64,000 nucleotides of DNA, taken from positions 372,001 to 436,000 of the forward strand of contig JASTWF010000354.1 of NCBI GenBank assembly GCA_030390025.1. Reading direction: 5' to 3'. Shown piece by piece: positions 11,626 through 26,087 of this stretch. The stretch is from Squalus acanthias. Taxonomy: Eukaryota. Every line of letters begins with the position of its first letter. The first letter of the stretch is position 1. The notes beneath the pieces were generated by a model. That model saw only the letters and a program-made list of their open reading frames with translations, was not told the DNA's origin and did not search any database. Made by a program: the position numbers and the translations under genes.

Positions 11626-12977
11626 CCATCAATCTTCTCTCAATGACCCATCAATCTTCTCTCAATGACCCATCAATCTTCTCTCAATGACCCATCAATC
11701 TTCTCTCAATGACCCATCAATCTTCTCTCAATGACCCATCAATCTTCTCTCAATGACCCATCAATCTTCTCTCAGTGACCCATCAATCTTCTCTCAATGA
11801 CCCATCAATCTTCTCTCACTGACCCATCAATCTTCTCTCAATGACCCATCAATCTTCTCTCAGTGACCCATCAATCTTCTCTCAGTGACCCATCGATCTT
11901 CTCTCAATGATCCATCAATCTTCTCTCAATGACCCATCAATCTTCTCTCAATGATCCATCAATCTTCTCTCAATGACACATCGATCTTCTCTCAGTGACC
12001 CATCAATCTTCTCTCAACGACCCATCAGTCTTCTCTCAATGACCCATCAATCTTCTCTCAATGACACATCGATCTTCTCTCAGTGACCCATCAATCTTCT
12101 CTCAGTGACCCATCGATCTTCTCTCAATGATCCATCAATCTTCTCTCAATGACCCATCAATCTTCTCTCAATGACCCATCAATCTTCTCTCAATGACCCA
12201 TCAATCTTCTCTCAATGACCCATCAATCTTCTCTCAATGACCCATCAATCTTCTCTCAATGACCCATCAATCTTCTCTCAATGATCCATCAATCTTCTCT
12301 CAATGACCCATCAATCTTCTCTCAATGACCCATCAATCTTCTCTCAATGATCCATCAATCTTCTCTCAATGACCCATCAATCTTCTCTCAATGATCCATC
12401 AATCTTCTCTCACTGACCCATCAATCTTCCCTCAATGATCCATCAATCTTCACTCAATGACCCATCAATCTTCTCTCAACGACCCATCAATCTTCTCTCA
12501 CTGACCCATCAATCTTCCCTCAATGATCCATCAATCTTCACTCAATGATCCATCAATCTTCTCTCACTGACCCATCAATCTTCTCTCATTGACCCATCAA
12601 TCTTCTCTCACTGACCCATCAATCTTCTCTCATTGACCCATCCATCTTCTCTCAATGACACATCGATCTTCTCTCAGTGACCCATCAATCTTCTCTCAAC
12701 GACCCATCAGTCTTCTCTCAATGACCCATCAATCTTCTCTCAATGACACATCGATCTTCTCTCATTGACCCATCAATCTTCTCTCATTGACCCATCAATC
12801 TTCTCTCAATGACCCATCAATCTTCTCTCAATGACCCTTCAATCTTCTCTCAACGACCCATCGATTTTCTCTCAATGACCCATCGATCTTCTCTCAATGA
12901 CCCATCAATCTTCTCTCAATGACCCATCAATCTTCTCTCAATGACCCATCAATCTTCTCTCAATGACCCATCAATCT
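11626..12977. repeat. 22-bp minisatellite CCCATCAATCTTCTCTCAATGA (~61 units)
   Basis: Direct tandem periodicity; same unit as 55280-58740. Confidence 0.98.
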
Positions 12978-13509
12978 GTCGAGTGAGCTGGAAATCAGCC
13001 TTGGAAGGAGCTTGGTTCCACCTGTTGATTCAGGAGTGGGACGGCCCATGAATAGATCACCGTCATTAATAATTAAATAGCTTCTACCAAGAATAATGAT
13101 CAGGATGAAATAATTACAGGAATTCGATGAGGGGATAATGTAGTTTATGGATTTCAGTCCGATCTATAAAAAGCTCAGTAAAACAGATTCTGCCCCTGAA
13201 GACATTATTGTATAAATTAGTCAACTTAAACCTCAGTGAATCAGAATTAAGATCGTTACTTGAATTTAATGAAGCTGTTCAGTTTCAGCGCTGGGATTTT
13301 ATCTAACAGAGTTTAAATATTATTCTATTTCATTTGTGATAATCTTTGATGCTCATTAAACATAAATCCACTTTTACTTTGGCTAATAACAGTCGCTATT
13401 CTCCGTAATCCCAAATTGCCGGGTTTCCCAATGGCAGGTGGGCGGGAGCAGGTTTACTGATCAATGGGCCCATCAGACAGAGACAAAGAGCTCCTGGGAG
13501 TGGGTTCCA

Positions 13510-13830
13510 TTTCTTTCATTCATTCTGGGGATGTGGGCATCGCTGGCACGGCCGGCATTTATTGCCCATCCCGAGTTGCCCTGAGAAGGTGGGGGTGGGC
13601 CTTCTTCTTGAACCGCTGGGAGCGGGTTTGATACAAACTGAGTGTCTCGCTCGGCCACTTCAGAGGGCAGTTAAGATTCAACCAGGTTGGTGTGGGACTG
13701 GAGTCAAATATAGGCCCAGACCGGGTAAGGACGGCAGGTTTCCTTCCCTAAAGGACATTGTGAGCCAGTTGGATTTTTACGACAATCCGACAGCTTCATG
13801 GTCACTTTGACTGATCCCAGATTTTTACTG
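13510..13830 (-). mobile_element. SINE-like repeat sharing its 3' tail with the LINE at 46695-49650
   Basis: GGGATGTGGGC.TCGCTGGC...GCATTTATTGCCCATCC matches the LINE end at ~46710. The non-coding body recurs at 54665-54896 and 59275-59595. Confidence 0.7.
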
Positions 13831-14480
13831 AGCCCATATTCTAGGCTGACACTCCCAGTGCAATACTGAGTCAGAGCCAGGCCATTCAGGAGAGAAGTTA
13901 GGAATCACTTCTTCACACAAAGGGTGGTAGAAGTGTGGAACTCTCTCCCACAAAAAGCAGTAGATTCAAGCTCAATTAATGGTGTTAAATCTGAGATCGA
14001 TAGATGTTTGCTAGCAAAGGGTATTAAGGGATATGGAGCCAAGGCGGGTAAATGGATTTAGGATACAGATCAGCCATGATCTCATTGAAAGGCAGAGCAG
14101 GCTCGAGGGGCTGAATGGCCTCCTGCTGTTCCTGTGGTCCTATGAGGGAGTGCTGCACTGTCGGAGATGCCGTCTTTCAGATGAGACATTAAAACAAGAC
14201 CCTGTCTGCCGTCTCAGGTGAATGTAAAAGATCCCCCGGCACTATTTGGAAGACGAGCAGGGAGTTCTCCCCAGTGTCCTGACCAATATTTATCCCTCAA
14301 CCAATATCTCTATAAAACAGATTATCTGGTCAATGTCACGTTGCTGTTTGTGGGATCTTGCTGTGCGCACCTTGGCTTTCTCATTTCCTACATTCCAGCA
14401 GTGACTACATTTCATTGTCTGTGAAGCGCTTTGGGCTGTCCTGAGGTGGTGAAAGGCGCTATAGAAATACAAGGGCTTTG
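13831..14480 (+). mobile_element. Deu-domain SINE interrupted by a CR1 3' fragment (~13871-14142)
   Basis: SINE sequence ...CAGTGCAATACTGAG breaks off and resumes at TGAGGGAGTGCTGCACTG after a CR1 3' piece; TGAG is duplicated. Confidence 0.8.
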
Positions 14481-14896
14481 TTTCTGAGCTGAACATGTTA
14501 ATCATTTCTCCCAAACTCTCCCTGTTGTGATTTCAGGCTCGGGTCCTGAGCAGTGCCAGAAATTGGCGATTGTAGAAACACAATGTGAAGCTTTAGTGAA
14601 AGGTTGGAAAGAAATCCTCAGACAGTGCAGCGCTGATCTGAAGGTCAAACATACCCGGCATTCTGCACACACTTTATTCATTATTTATATCTGGGCCTGA
14701 TGTCGCCTCTTTCAATTTCAATCAAGTGGAATTGTTTCCACTTGAATCTCCAATCATTTCACTTTTCTCATCCTGGGACTGATTGTTTAGTCATTTGCAG
14801 AGTGGGGACATTTCCTACTGAGCCGGTACTCGGGACTGACCCAACATTTCCAAATGTCTCTCTCGCTGCTCCAGAGATTCTCACTCCACTAATTTC

Positions 14897-15640
14897 ATAG
14901 AATCATTGAAATTTACAGCACAGAAGGAGGCCATTCGGCCCATCGTGTCCGCGCCGACCGACAAAGAGCTATCCAGCATAATCCCACTTTCCAGCTCTTG
15001 GTCCGTAGCCTTGTAGGTTACAGCACTTCAACTTCATATCCAAGTACCTTTTAAATGTGATGAGGGTCTCTGCCTCTACCACCCTTTCAGGCAGTGAGTT
15101 CCAGACCCCCACCACCCTCTGGGTGATAAAAATTCTCCTCAAATCCCCTCTAAACCTCCTGCCAATTAATTTAAATCTATGTCCCCTGGTTATTGACCTC
15201 TCTGCTAAGGGAAATAGTTCCTTCCTATCCACTCTATCTCGGCCCCTCATCATTTTATACACCTCGATTAGGTCTCCCCTCAGCCTCCTCTGTTCCAAAG
15301 GAAACAACCCCAGCCAATCCAATCTTTACTCATGGCAAAAATTCCCCAGCCCAGGCAACATCCTCGTAAATCTCCTCTGCACCCTCTCTAGTGCAATCAC
15401 ATCTTTCCTGTAATGTGTTGACCAGAACTGCACGCACTACTCTAGCTGCAGCGTAACTAGTGTTTTATACAATTCAAGCATAACCTCCCTGCTCTTATAT
15501 TCTACACCTCGGCTAATAAAGGCAAGTATCCCGTATGCCTTCTACACCACCTCATCTACCTGTCCTACTACCTTCACGGATCTGTGGACATACACTCCAA
15601 GCTCCCTCTGTTCCTCTGCAATTATCAGTGTCCCACCATT
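14897..15640 (-). mobile_element. CR1 3' fragment
   Basis: Minus-strand LEQRRLRGDLIEVYK...ITRGHRFKL...WNSLPERVVEA; tail at the left end. Confidence 0.92.
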
Positions 15641-15865
15641 GATCAACCACTTTCTTGAAGTGTGGTCAATGTTGTATTGTGGGAAATGCAGAGGCCAATT
15701 TGCACACAGCAAGATCCCACAAACACAAATGAAATAAATGAGCCAATGCAGATTAACTCCAGACCAAACATGGATTAACTCCGGAATAAACGTGGATTAA
15801 CTCCGTGTGAGGAGGGAGACTGAAGATCGGGAAAGCTGCTAGTATTTCCACAACTGAAGCAGCTG

Positions 15866-17214
15866 GGACATTGTACTGAAGATTGTCCAGATGGTGAAGA
15901 TGGATCAGGTGTCCTGGGACAATGAACTGAAGATTGTCCAGATGGTGAAGATGGATCAGGTGCCCTGGGACAGTGTACTGAAGATTGTCCAGATGGTGAA
16001 GATGGATCAGGTGTCCTGGGACAGTGAACTGAAGATTGTCCAGATGGTGAAGATGGATCAGGTGTCCTGGGACAATGAACTGAAGATTGTCCAGATGGTG
16101 AAGATGGATCAGGTGTCCTGGGACAGTGAACTGAAGATTGTCCAGATGGTGAAGATGGATCAGGTGTCCTGGGACAATGAACTGAAGATTGTCCAGATGG
16201 TGAAGATGGATCAGGTGCCCTGGGACAGTGAACTGAAGATTGTCCAGATGGTGAAGATGGATCAGGTGCCCTGGACAATGAACTGAAGATTGTCCAGATG
16301 GTGAAGATGGACCAGGTGCCCTGGGACAATGAACTGAAGATTGTCCAGATGGTGAAGATGGATCAGGTGTCCTGGGACAATGAACTGAAGATTGTCCAGA
16401 TGGTGAAGATGGATCAGGTGTCCTGGGACAGTGAACTGAAGATTGTCCAGATGGTGAAGATGGATCAGGTGTCCTGGGACAATGAACTGAAGAAGGTCCA
16501 GATGGTGAAGATGGATCAGGTGCCCTGGGACATTGAACTGAAGATTGTCCAGATGGTGAAGATGGATCAGGTTCGGAGGGACAGTGAACTGAAGATTGTC
16601 CAGATGGTGAAGATGGATCAGGTTCCCTGGGAAAGTGAACTGAAGTATGACCAGATGGTGAAGATGGATCAGCTGCCCTGGGACAGTGAACTGAAGATTG
16701 TCCAGATGGTGAAGATGGATCAGGTGCCCTGAGAGAATGAACTGAAGATTGTCCAGATGGTGAAGATGGATCAGGTGTCCTGGGACAGTGAACTGAAGAT
16801 TGTCCAGATGGTAAAGATGAATCAGGTGTCCTGGGACAGTGAACTGAAGATTGTCCAGATGGTGAAGATGGATCAGGTGCCCTGAGACAATGAACTGAAG
16901 ATTGTCCAGATGGTGAAGATGGATCAGGTGTCCTGGGACAGTGAACTGAAGATTGTCCAGATGGTGAAGATGGATCAGGTGTCCTGGGACAGTGAACTGA
17001 AGATTGTCCAGATGGTGAAGATGGATCAGGTGCCCTGGGACAGTGAACTGAAGATTGTCCAGATGGTGAAGATGGATCAGGTGCCCTGGGACAGTGAACT
17101 GAAGATTGTCCAGATGGTGAAGATGGATCAGTTTCCTTGGGACATTGAACTGTAGATTGTCCAGATGGTGAAGATGGATCAGGTGCCCTGGGACAGTGAA
17201 CTGAAGATTGTCCA
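15866..17214. repeat. 51-bp minisatellite (~26 units)
   Basis: Unit CTGAAGATTGTCCAGATGGTGAAGATGGATCAGGTGCCCTGGGACAGTGAA; paralog at 61517-61910. Confidence 0.97.
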
Positions 17215-17262
17215 ACACGGTGGCATAGTGGTTAGCACTGGTGCCTCACAGCGCCAGAGACC
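17215..17262 (+). mobile_element. 5' head of a tRNA-derived SINE (HE1/V-SINE-like), cut by the gap
   Basis: CACGGTGGCATAGTGGTTAGCACTGGTGCCTCACAGCGCCAG contains an A-box-like TGGCnnAGTGG. Confidence 0.65.
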
Positions 17263-17462
17263 NNNNNNNNNNNNNNNNNNNNNNNNNNNNNNNNNNNNNN
17301 NNNNNNNNNNNNNNNNNNNNNNNNNNNNNNNNNNNNNNNNNNNNNNNNNNNNNNNNNNNNNNNNNNNNNNNNNNNNNNNNNNNNNNNNNNNNNNNNNNNN
17401 NNNNNNNNNNNNNNNNNNNNNNNNNNNNNNNNNNNNNNNNNNNNNNNNNNNNNNNNNNNNNN
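17263..17462. other. Assembly gap (200 N)
   Basis: Run of N between two tandem arrays. Confidence 1.
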
Positions 17463-20400
17463 TTCCAGTCACACCAACACACGCTCACCATCTCCAGTCA
17501 CACCTACACACACTCACCATCTCCAGTCACACCCCCAATACGCACTCACCATCTTCAGTCACACCAACACACTCTCACCATCTCCAGTCACACCAACACA
17601 CAGTCACCATCTCCAGTCTCATCAACACACACTCACCATCTCCAGTCACACCAACACACACACACCATCTCCAGTCACATCAACACACGCTCACCCTCTC
17701 CAGTCACACCAATACACACTCACCATCTCCAGTCACACACCCAACACACGCTCACCATCTCAAGTCACACCCCCAACACACACTCACCATCTCCAGTCAC
17801 ACCCCCAACACACGCTCACCATCTCAAGTCACACCAACACACACTCACCATCTCCAGTCACACTCCCCACACACGCTCACCATCTCCAGTCACACCTGCA
17901 ACACACGCTCACCATCTCCTTCACACACCCAACATACGCTCACCATCTCCAGTCACACCCCCAACACACACTCACCATCTCCAGTCACAGCAACACACGC
18001 TCACCTTCTCCAGTTCCACACCAACACGCACTCACCATATCCAGTCACACCAACACACGCTCAACATCTCCAGTCACACCCCCAGCATACGCTCACCATC
18101 TCCAGTCACACCAACACACGCTCACCATCTCCAGACACACCACCAACACACGCTCAACATCTCCAGTCACACCCCCAACACACGCTCACCATCTCGTCAC
18201 ACCCCCAACACACGCTCACCAACTCCAGTCACACCAACACACACTCACCATCTCAAGTCACACCAACACACACTCACCATCTCTAGTCACACCCCCAACA
18301 CACGCTCACCATCTCCAGTCACACAACCAACACACGCTCACCATCTCCAGTCACACCCCCAACACACGCTCACCATCTCCAGTCAAACCCCCAACACACG
18401 ATCACCATCTCCAGTCACACCCCCAACACACGCTCACCATCACCAGTCACACCCCCAACACACGCTCACCATCTCCAGTTACACCAACACACTCTCACCA
18501 TCTCCAGTCACACCAACACATGCTCACCATCTCCAGTCACACCAACACACACACACCATCTCCAGTAAAACCCCCAACACACGCTCACCATCTCCAGTCA
18601 CACCAACACACTCTCACCATCTCCAGTTCCACACCAACACACACTCACCAGCTCCAGTAACACCAACACACGCTCACCATCTCCAGTCACACCCTCAACA
18701 CACACTCACCATCTCCAGTCACAGCAACACACGCTCACCATCTCCAGTTCCACACCAACACACACTCACCATATCCAGTCACACCAACACACGCTCACCA
18801 TCTCCAGTCACACCAACACACACTCACCATTTCCAGTCATACACCCAACACACACTCACCATCTCCAGTCACATCCCTAACACACGCTCAACATCTCCAT
18901 TCACACCCCCAAAATACGCTCACCATCTCCAGACACACCACCAACACACGCTCAACATCTCCAGTCACACCCCCAACACACGCTCACCATCTCGTCACAC
19001 CCCAACACACGCTCACCATCTCCAGTCACACCAACACACAATCACCATCTCCAGTCACACCAACACACGCTCACCATCTCCAGTCACACCAACACACAAT
19101 CACCATCTCCAGTCACACCAACACACACTCACCATCTCCAGTCACACCACCAACACACTCTCACCATCTCCAGTCACACCAACACACGCTCACCATCTCC
19201 AGTCACACCAACACACACACACCATCTCCAGTCACACCAATACACGCTCACCATCTCCAGTCACACCAACACACATTCACCATCTCCAGTCACACACCCA
19301 ATACACACTCACCATCTCCAGTAAAACCCCCAACACACGCTCACCATCTGCAGTCACACCCCCAACACACACTCACCTTCTCCAGTCACACCAACACACT
19401 CTCACCATCTCCAGTCACACCAACACACACTCACCATCTCCAGTCACACCAACACACGCTCACCATCTCCAGTCACACCCCCAACACACGCTCCCCATCT
19501 CCAGTCACACCCCCAACACACTCTCACCATCTCCAGTCACACCAGCACACGCTCACCATCTCCAGTCACACCAACACACGCTCACCATCTCCAGTCACAC
19601 CAGCACAGGCTCACCATCTCCAGTCACACCAACAAAGGCTCACAATCTCCAGTCAAACCCCCAACACAGGCTCACCATCTCCAGTCACAAACCCAACACA
19701 GGCTCACCATCTCCAGTCACACCCCCAACACAGGCTCACCATCTCCAGTCACACCAACACACACTCACCATCTCCAGTCACACCAACACACGCTCACCAT
19801 CTCCAGTAACACCAACACACACTCACCATCTCCAGTCACACCCCCAACACACGCTCACCATCTCCAGTCACACAACCAACACACGCTCACCATCTCCAGT
19901 CACACCCCCAACACACGCTCACCATCTCCAGTCACACCCCCAATACACACTCACCATCTCCAGTCACACCTGCAACACACGCTCACCATCTCCAGTCACA
20001 CACCCAACACACACTCACCATCTCCAGTCACACCAACACACGCTCACCATCTCCAGTCAGACCAGCACACGCTCACCATCTCCAGTCACACCAACACATG
20101 CTCACCATCTCCAGTCAGACCAGCACACGCTCACCATCTTTAGTCACACCCCCAACACACACTCGCCATCTCCAGTCACACCTGCAACACACGCTCGCCA
20201 TCTCCAGTCACACCAACACACACTCACCATCTCCAGTCACACTCCCAACACACGCTCACCATCTCCAGTCACACCAACAAACGCTCACCATCTCCAGTCA
20301 CACCAACACACGCTCACCATCTCCAGTCACACCAACACATGCTCACCATCTCCAGTCTCACCCCCAACACACGCTCACCATCTCCAGTCACACCCCAATA

Positions 20401-23008
20401 CACACTCACCATCTCCAGTCACACCTGCAACACACGCTCACCATCTCCAGTCACACACCCAACACACACTCACCATCTCCAGTCACACCAACACATGCTC
20501 ACCATCTCCAGTCAGACCAGCACACGCTCACCATCTCCAGTCACACCAACACATGCTCACCATCTCCAGTCAGACCAGCACATGCTCACCATCTCCAGTC
20601 ACTCCCCCAACACACACTCGCCATCTCCAGTCACACCTGCAACACACGCTCGCCATCTCCAGTCACACCAACACACACTCACCATCTCCAGTCACACTCC
20701 CAACACACGCTCACCATCTCCAGTCACACTCCCAACACACGCTCGCCATCTCCAGTCACACCAACACATGCTCACCATCTCCAGTGCACCACCAACACAC
20801 GCTCAACATCTCCAGTCACACCCCCAACACACACTCACCATCTCCAGTCACACCAACACACGCTCACCATCTCCAGTCACACCAACACACGCTCACCATC
20901 TCCAGTCACACCCCATCAGACGCTCACTATCTCCAGTCACACCAACACACGCTCAGCATCTCAAGTCACACCCCCAACACACACTCACCATCTCCAGTCA
21001 CACTAACACACGCTCAGCATCTCAACTCACACCCCCAACACACACTCCCCTTCTCCAGTCACACCCCCAACACACGCTCACCATCTCCAGTCACACCAAC
21101 CCCCGCTCACCATCTCCAGTCACACCCCCAACACACGCTCACCATCTCCAGTCACACCCCCAACACACGCTCACCATCTCCAGTCACACCAACACACGCT
21201 CACCATCTCCAGTCACACCAACACATGCTCACCATCTCCAGTCAGACCCCCAACACACACTCACCATCTGCACTCACACCCCAAACATATGCTCACCATC
21301 TCCAGTCACACCCCCAACACAAACTCACAATCTCCAATCACACCAACACACGCTCACCATCTCCAGTCACACCAACACACACTCACCATCTCCAAACACA
21401 CCCCCAACACACGCTCACCATCTCCAATCACACCTACACACGCTCACCATCTCCAGTCACACCAACACACACTCACCATCTCCAGTCGCACCCTCAACAC
21501 ACGCTCAACATCTCCAGTCACACCGACACGCGCTCACCATCTCCAGTCACACCCCCAACACACGCTCACCATCTCCAGTCACACCCGCAGCACACGCTCA
21601 CCATGTCCAGTCACACCAACACACCCTCACCATCTCCAGTCACACCCCCAACACACGCTCACCATCTCCAGTCACCCCCCAACACAAGCTCACCATCTCC
21701 AGTCACTCCAACACACACTCACCATCTCCAGTCACACCCCCAACACACGCTCACCATCTCCAGTCACTCCAACACACACTCACCATCTCCAGTCACACAA
21801 ACACACACTCACCATCTCCAGTCACACCCCAACACAAGCTCACCATCTCCAGTCACACCAACACACACTCACCATCTCCAGTCACACCAACACACACTCA
21901 CCATCTCCAGTCACACCAACACACACTTACCCTCTCCAGTCACACCCCCAACACACGCTCACCATCTCCAGTCACACCCCAACACACGCTCACCATCTCC
22001 AGTCACACCAACACACGCTCACCATCTCCAGTCACACCCCCAACACACACTCACCATCTCCAGTCACACCAACACACGCTCAACATCTCCAGTCACAACA
22101 ACACACGCTCACCATCTCCAGTCAGACCAACACACGCTCACCATCTCCAGTCACACCCCCAATACACACTCACCATCTCCAGTCACACCTGCAACACACA
22201 CTCACCATCTCCAGTCACACACCCAACACACACTCACCATCTCCAGTCACACCAACACACGCTCACCATCTCCAGTCAGACCAGCACACGCTCACCATCT
22301 CCAGTCACACCAACACATGCTCACCATCTCCAGTCAGACCAGCACACGCTCACCATCTCCAGTCACACCCCCAACACACACTCGCCATCTCCAGTCACAC
22401 CTGCAACACACGCTCGCCATCTCCAGTCACACCAACACACACTCACCATCTCCAGTCACACCAACACACGCTCACCATCTCCAGTCACACCAACACATGC
22501 TCACCATCTCCAGTCTCACCCCCAACACACGCTCACCATCTCCATTCACACCCCCAATACACACTCACCATCTCCAGTCACACCTGCAACACACGCTCAC
22601 CATCTCCAGTCACACACCCAACACACACTCACCATCTCCAGTCACACCAACACACGCTCACCATCTCCAGTCAGACCAGCACACGCTCACCATCTCCAGT
22701 CACACCAACACATGCTCACCATCTCCAGTCAGACCAGCACACGCTCACCATCTCCAGTCACACCCCCAACACACACTCGCCATCTCCAGTCACACCTGCA
22801 ACACACGCTCGCCATCTCCAGTCACACCAACACACACTCACCATCTCCAGTCACACTCCCAACACACGCTCACCATCTCCAGTCACACCAACACACGCTC
22901 ACCATCTCCAGTCACACCAACACACGCTCACCATCTCCAGTCACACCAACACACACTCACCATCTCCAGTCACACCAACTCACGCTCACCATCTCCAGTC
23001 ACACCCCC
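17463..23008. repeat. Large CA-rich minisatellite, ~29-33-bp units (CACCATCTCCAGTCACACC(CC)AACACACGCT)
   Basis: About 5.5 kb of tandem units of variable length, with recurring variant blocks. Confidence 0.97.
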
Positions 23009-23340
23009 AGCAACAACAACTTGTGTTTATATAGCGCCTTTAATGTAGTAGAATGCCCCAAGGTGCCTCACAGCAGCGTAATCTGACAAATCTTGACATC
23101 GAGCCACATCAGGAGATATTCAGACAGGTGACCAAAAGCTGGGTGAAAGAAGTAGGTTTTAAGCAGGGTCTTAAAGCAGGAGAGAGTTCGAGAGGCGGAG
23201 AGGTTTAGGGAGGGAATTCCAGAAATTGGGCCGCAGGCAGCTGAAGGCACGGCCGCCAATGGTGGGGCGAAGGGAGTGGGGGATGGACAAGAGGCCAGAG
23301 TTGGAGGAGAGCAGAGATCTCGGGGGGTTGTAGGGCTGGA
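23009..23340 (-). mobile_element. L2 LINE 3' fragment
   Basis: Minus-strand YNPPRSLLSSNSGLL...TIGGRAFS...WNSLP; (GTT)n tail. Confidence 0.85.
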
Positions 23341-24035
23341 TGTTCTCACAGTCAGACATCACCAGAGTCTGATGAGGTTGTGATATTTTCTGCCTAGTTG
23401 AAGGGAGATTATTTTCAGTGATCACATTATCTTCACAAGCTGCAGTCAATATAAATAATTACACCTTGAGAACAGGCGAGTTGGGTTTGAATTTATCGAG
23501 AGCTCAGAGCTGAGTGGAGTTTGAATCTTGCCCAGTGTGTGGTTCTGGGATGTGGGCTGGTTTGACGCCCTCGCTCTGGAAACTCTATGATTTAGACATT
23601 AAATGAAATGTCGGGGAAAGTGAATCTGATGCCAGGAGCATTGAACACACGGCGGGGAAACAGAACAAGTTCAGGATCAGGCTGTTCATCAAAATCTCAT
23701 TTCCACCAACGCTGATTTAAGGCTCATCCAATCCCAGTGTTGTGTGTTCAGGATTATTTCTTCATTAACCATTAAATAAAGAAAGCTCCTTCTGCATCTT
23801 TAATGGTTTCTAAAGTCAGACAATGTGGGAATGAGTGAGTGGGAGATGCTCAGTGAAAGCCAATTGTCCCCAACACTGGGAGTGGTCCAGAGTGTGAGAC
23901 TGGGCCGGAGCGGCAGGGGGCGCTGTTCAGTGTTCCAGCCGCTCCATCCCAGGGTGAATGGGAATGTGACTCTGGGAGTGTTGGAGATTGACATATTGCA
24001 GGAAGCGGAGTAACTCACCCTGCACGGCACACAGT

Positions 24036-25245
24036 GCCCTATACAATGCACACATCCCCCTATACAATGCACACAGCCTCCTGTACAATGCACACAACCC
24101 CCTATACAATGCACACATCCCCCTATACAATGCACACATCCTCCTATAGAATACACACAACCCCCTATACAATGCACACATCCCCTATACAATGCACACA
24201 GCCCCCTAAACAATACACACATCCCCCTATACAATGTACACAGCCCCCTATACATTGCACACAGCCTCCAATACAATGCACACAGCTCACTATACAATGC
24301 ACACATTCCTCTATAGAATGCATACAACCTCCTATACAATGCCAATAACCCTCTTATACAATGCACACAGCCTCCTATACAATGCACACATCCCCCTATG
24401 CAATGCACACAGCCTCTATACAATGCACACCTCCTCCTATACAATGCACAGATCCCCCATACAATGCACAGATCCCCCTATACAAGGCAAACATCCTCCT
24501 ATACAAGGCACACATCCTCCTATACAATGCACACATCCTCCTATACAATGCACACAGCCCCCTATACAATGCACACATCCCCCTATACAATGCACACATC
24601 CCCCTATACAATGCACACATCTTCCTATACAATGCACACGTCCCCCTATACAATGCACACATCCCCCTATACAATGCACACATCCTCCTATACAATGCAC
24701 ACATCCCCCTATACAATGTACACATCTTCCTATACAATGCACACATCCCCCTATACAATGCACACATCCCCCTATACAATGCACACATCCTCCTATACAA
24801 TGCACACAGCCTCCTATACAATGCACACATCCCCTATACAATGCACACATCCCCTATACAATGCACACATCCTCCTATACAATGCACACAGCCTCCTATA
24901 CAATGCACACAGCCTCCTATACAATGCACACATCCTCCTATACAATGCACACATCCTCCTATACAATGCACACATCCTCCTATACAATGCACACAGCCTC
25001 CTATACAATGCACACATCTCCTATACAATGCACACATCCCCCTATACAATGCACACATCCCCCTATACAATGCACACATCCTCCTATACAATGCACACAG
25101 CCTCCTATACAATGCACACATCCCCCTATACAATGCACACATCCCCCTATACAATGCACACATCCTCCTATACAATGCACACAGCCTCCTGTACAATGCA
25201 CACAGCCTCCTATACAATGCACACAGCCTCCTATACAATGCATGT
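24036..25245. repeat. 21-bp minisatellite TATACAATGCACACATCCCCC
   Basis: Direct periodicity; degenerate units continue at 26088-26270. Confidence 0.97.
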
Positions 25246-25260
25246 AACCCTCTTATACAA

Positions 25261-26087
25261 ACATCCAGAACTGGATGAGCAGAAATTTCCTCGAACTAAA
25301 TATTGGGAAGACCAAAGCCATTGTCTTCGGTCCCGCCACAAACTCCGTTCCTGAGCCACCGACTCCATCCCTCTCCCTGGCAACTGTCTGAGGCTGAACC
25401 AGGCTGTTGGTGACCTTGGTTTTATATCTGACCCTGAGCTGAGCTTCCGACCCCATATCCTCTCCAGCACCAAGACCGCCTGCTTCCACCTCCACAACAT
25501 CGCCCGTCTCCGCCCCGCCTCAGCTCATCTGCTGCTGAAACCCTCATCCCTGCCTTTGTTACCTCCAGACTCGACTATTCCAATACTCTCCTGGCCGGCC
25601 TCCCATCTTCCACCCTACATAACCTTAAGCTCATCCAAAACTCGCACCAAGTCCTATTCACTCATCACCCCTGTGCTCGCTGACCTACATTGACTCCTTT
25701 TAAAATTCTCATCCTTGTTTTCAAATCCCTCCATGGCCTCGCCCCTCCCTATCTCTGTAACCTCCTCCAGCACTTCAACCCTCCGAGATCTCTGTGCTCC
25801 TCCAATTCTGGCCTCTTGTACATTCCCGATTTTAATCAGTCCACCATTGGCGGCCGTGCCTTCAGCTGCCTGGGCCCTAAGCTCTGGAATTCCCTCCCTA
25901 AACCTCTCCGCCTCTCTCTCCTCCTTTAAGACGCTCCTTAAAACCTCCCTCTTTGACCCAGCCTTTGGTCACCTGTCCTAATATCTCCTTATGTGTCTCG
26001 GTGTCAGTTTGTCTGATTTCCGCTCCTGTGAAGCGCCTTAGGAGGTTTCACTGGTTCCAGGCGCTATATAAATGCAGGTTGTTGTTG
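25261..26087 (+). mobile_element. L2 LINE 3' fragment inserted in the 21-bp array
   Basis: FKILILVFKSLHGLAPPYL...GGRAFSCLGPKLWNSLP; GTTGTT tail; TACAA on both flanks. Confidence 0.88.

Larger units (their letters stand above)
12978..14895 (+). repeat. Segmental duplication copy A (paralog of 58741-60660)
   Basis: Colinear near-identical unique and TE sequence; ORF-track peptides recur at an offset of about 45765. Confidence 0.97.

Noticed and set aside
11626..12977. CRISPR-like regular repeats
   Set aside because: No unique spacers in any array, no cas genes, and the context is vertebrate.
14538..14645. Possible exon in the duplicated core (SGPEQCQKLAIVETQCEALVKGWKEILRQCSADLK)
   Set aside because: The acceptor is plausible but donors are weak. 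The three differences from the paralog are all amino-acid changing, giving no sign of purifying selection.
15750..15805. Clustered GGATTA (Otx/Pitx-type) sites
   Set aside because: Explained by a short local tandem duplication; there is no independent evidence of enhancer function.
15775..17218. 17-aa repeat protein (MVKMDQVPWDSELKIVQ)n
   Set aside because: A 51-bp unit keeps several frames open on both strands. There are frame-breaking units and stops, and the unit count differs about threefold between paralogs.
17241..23086. 1935-aa, 915-aa and 581-aa His/Thr/Pro-rich ORFs
   Set aside because: They translate a CA-rich minisatellite with few stops in any plus frame; the longest also spans the N gap.
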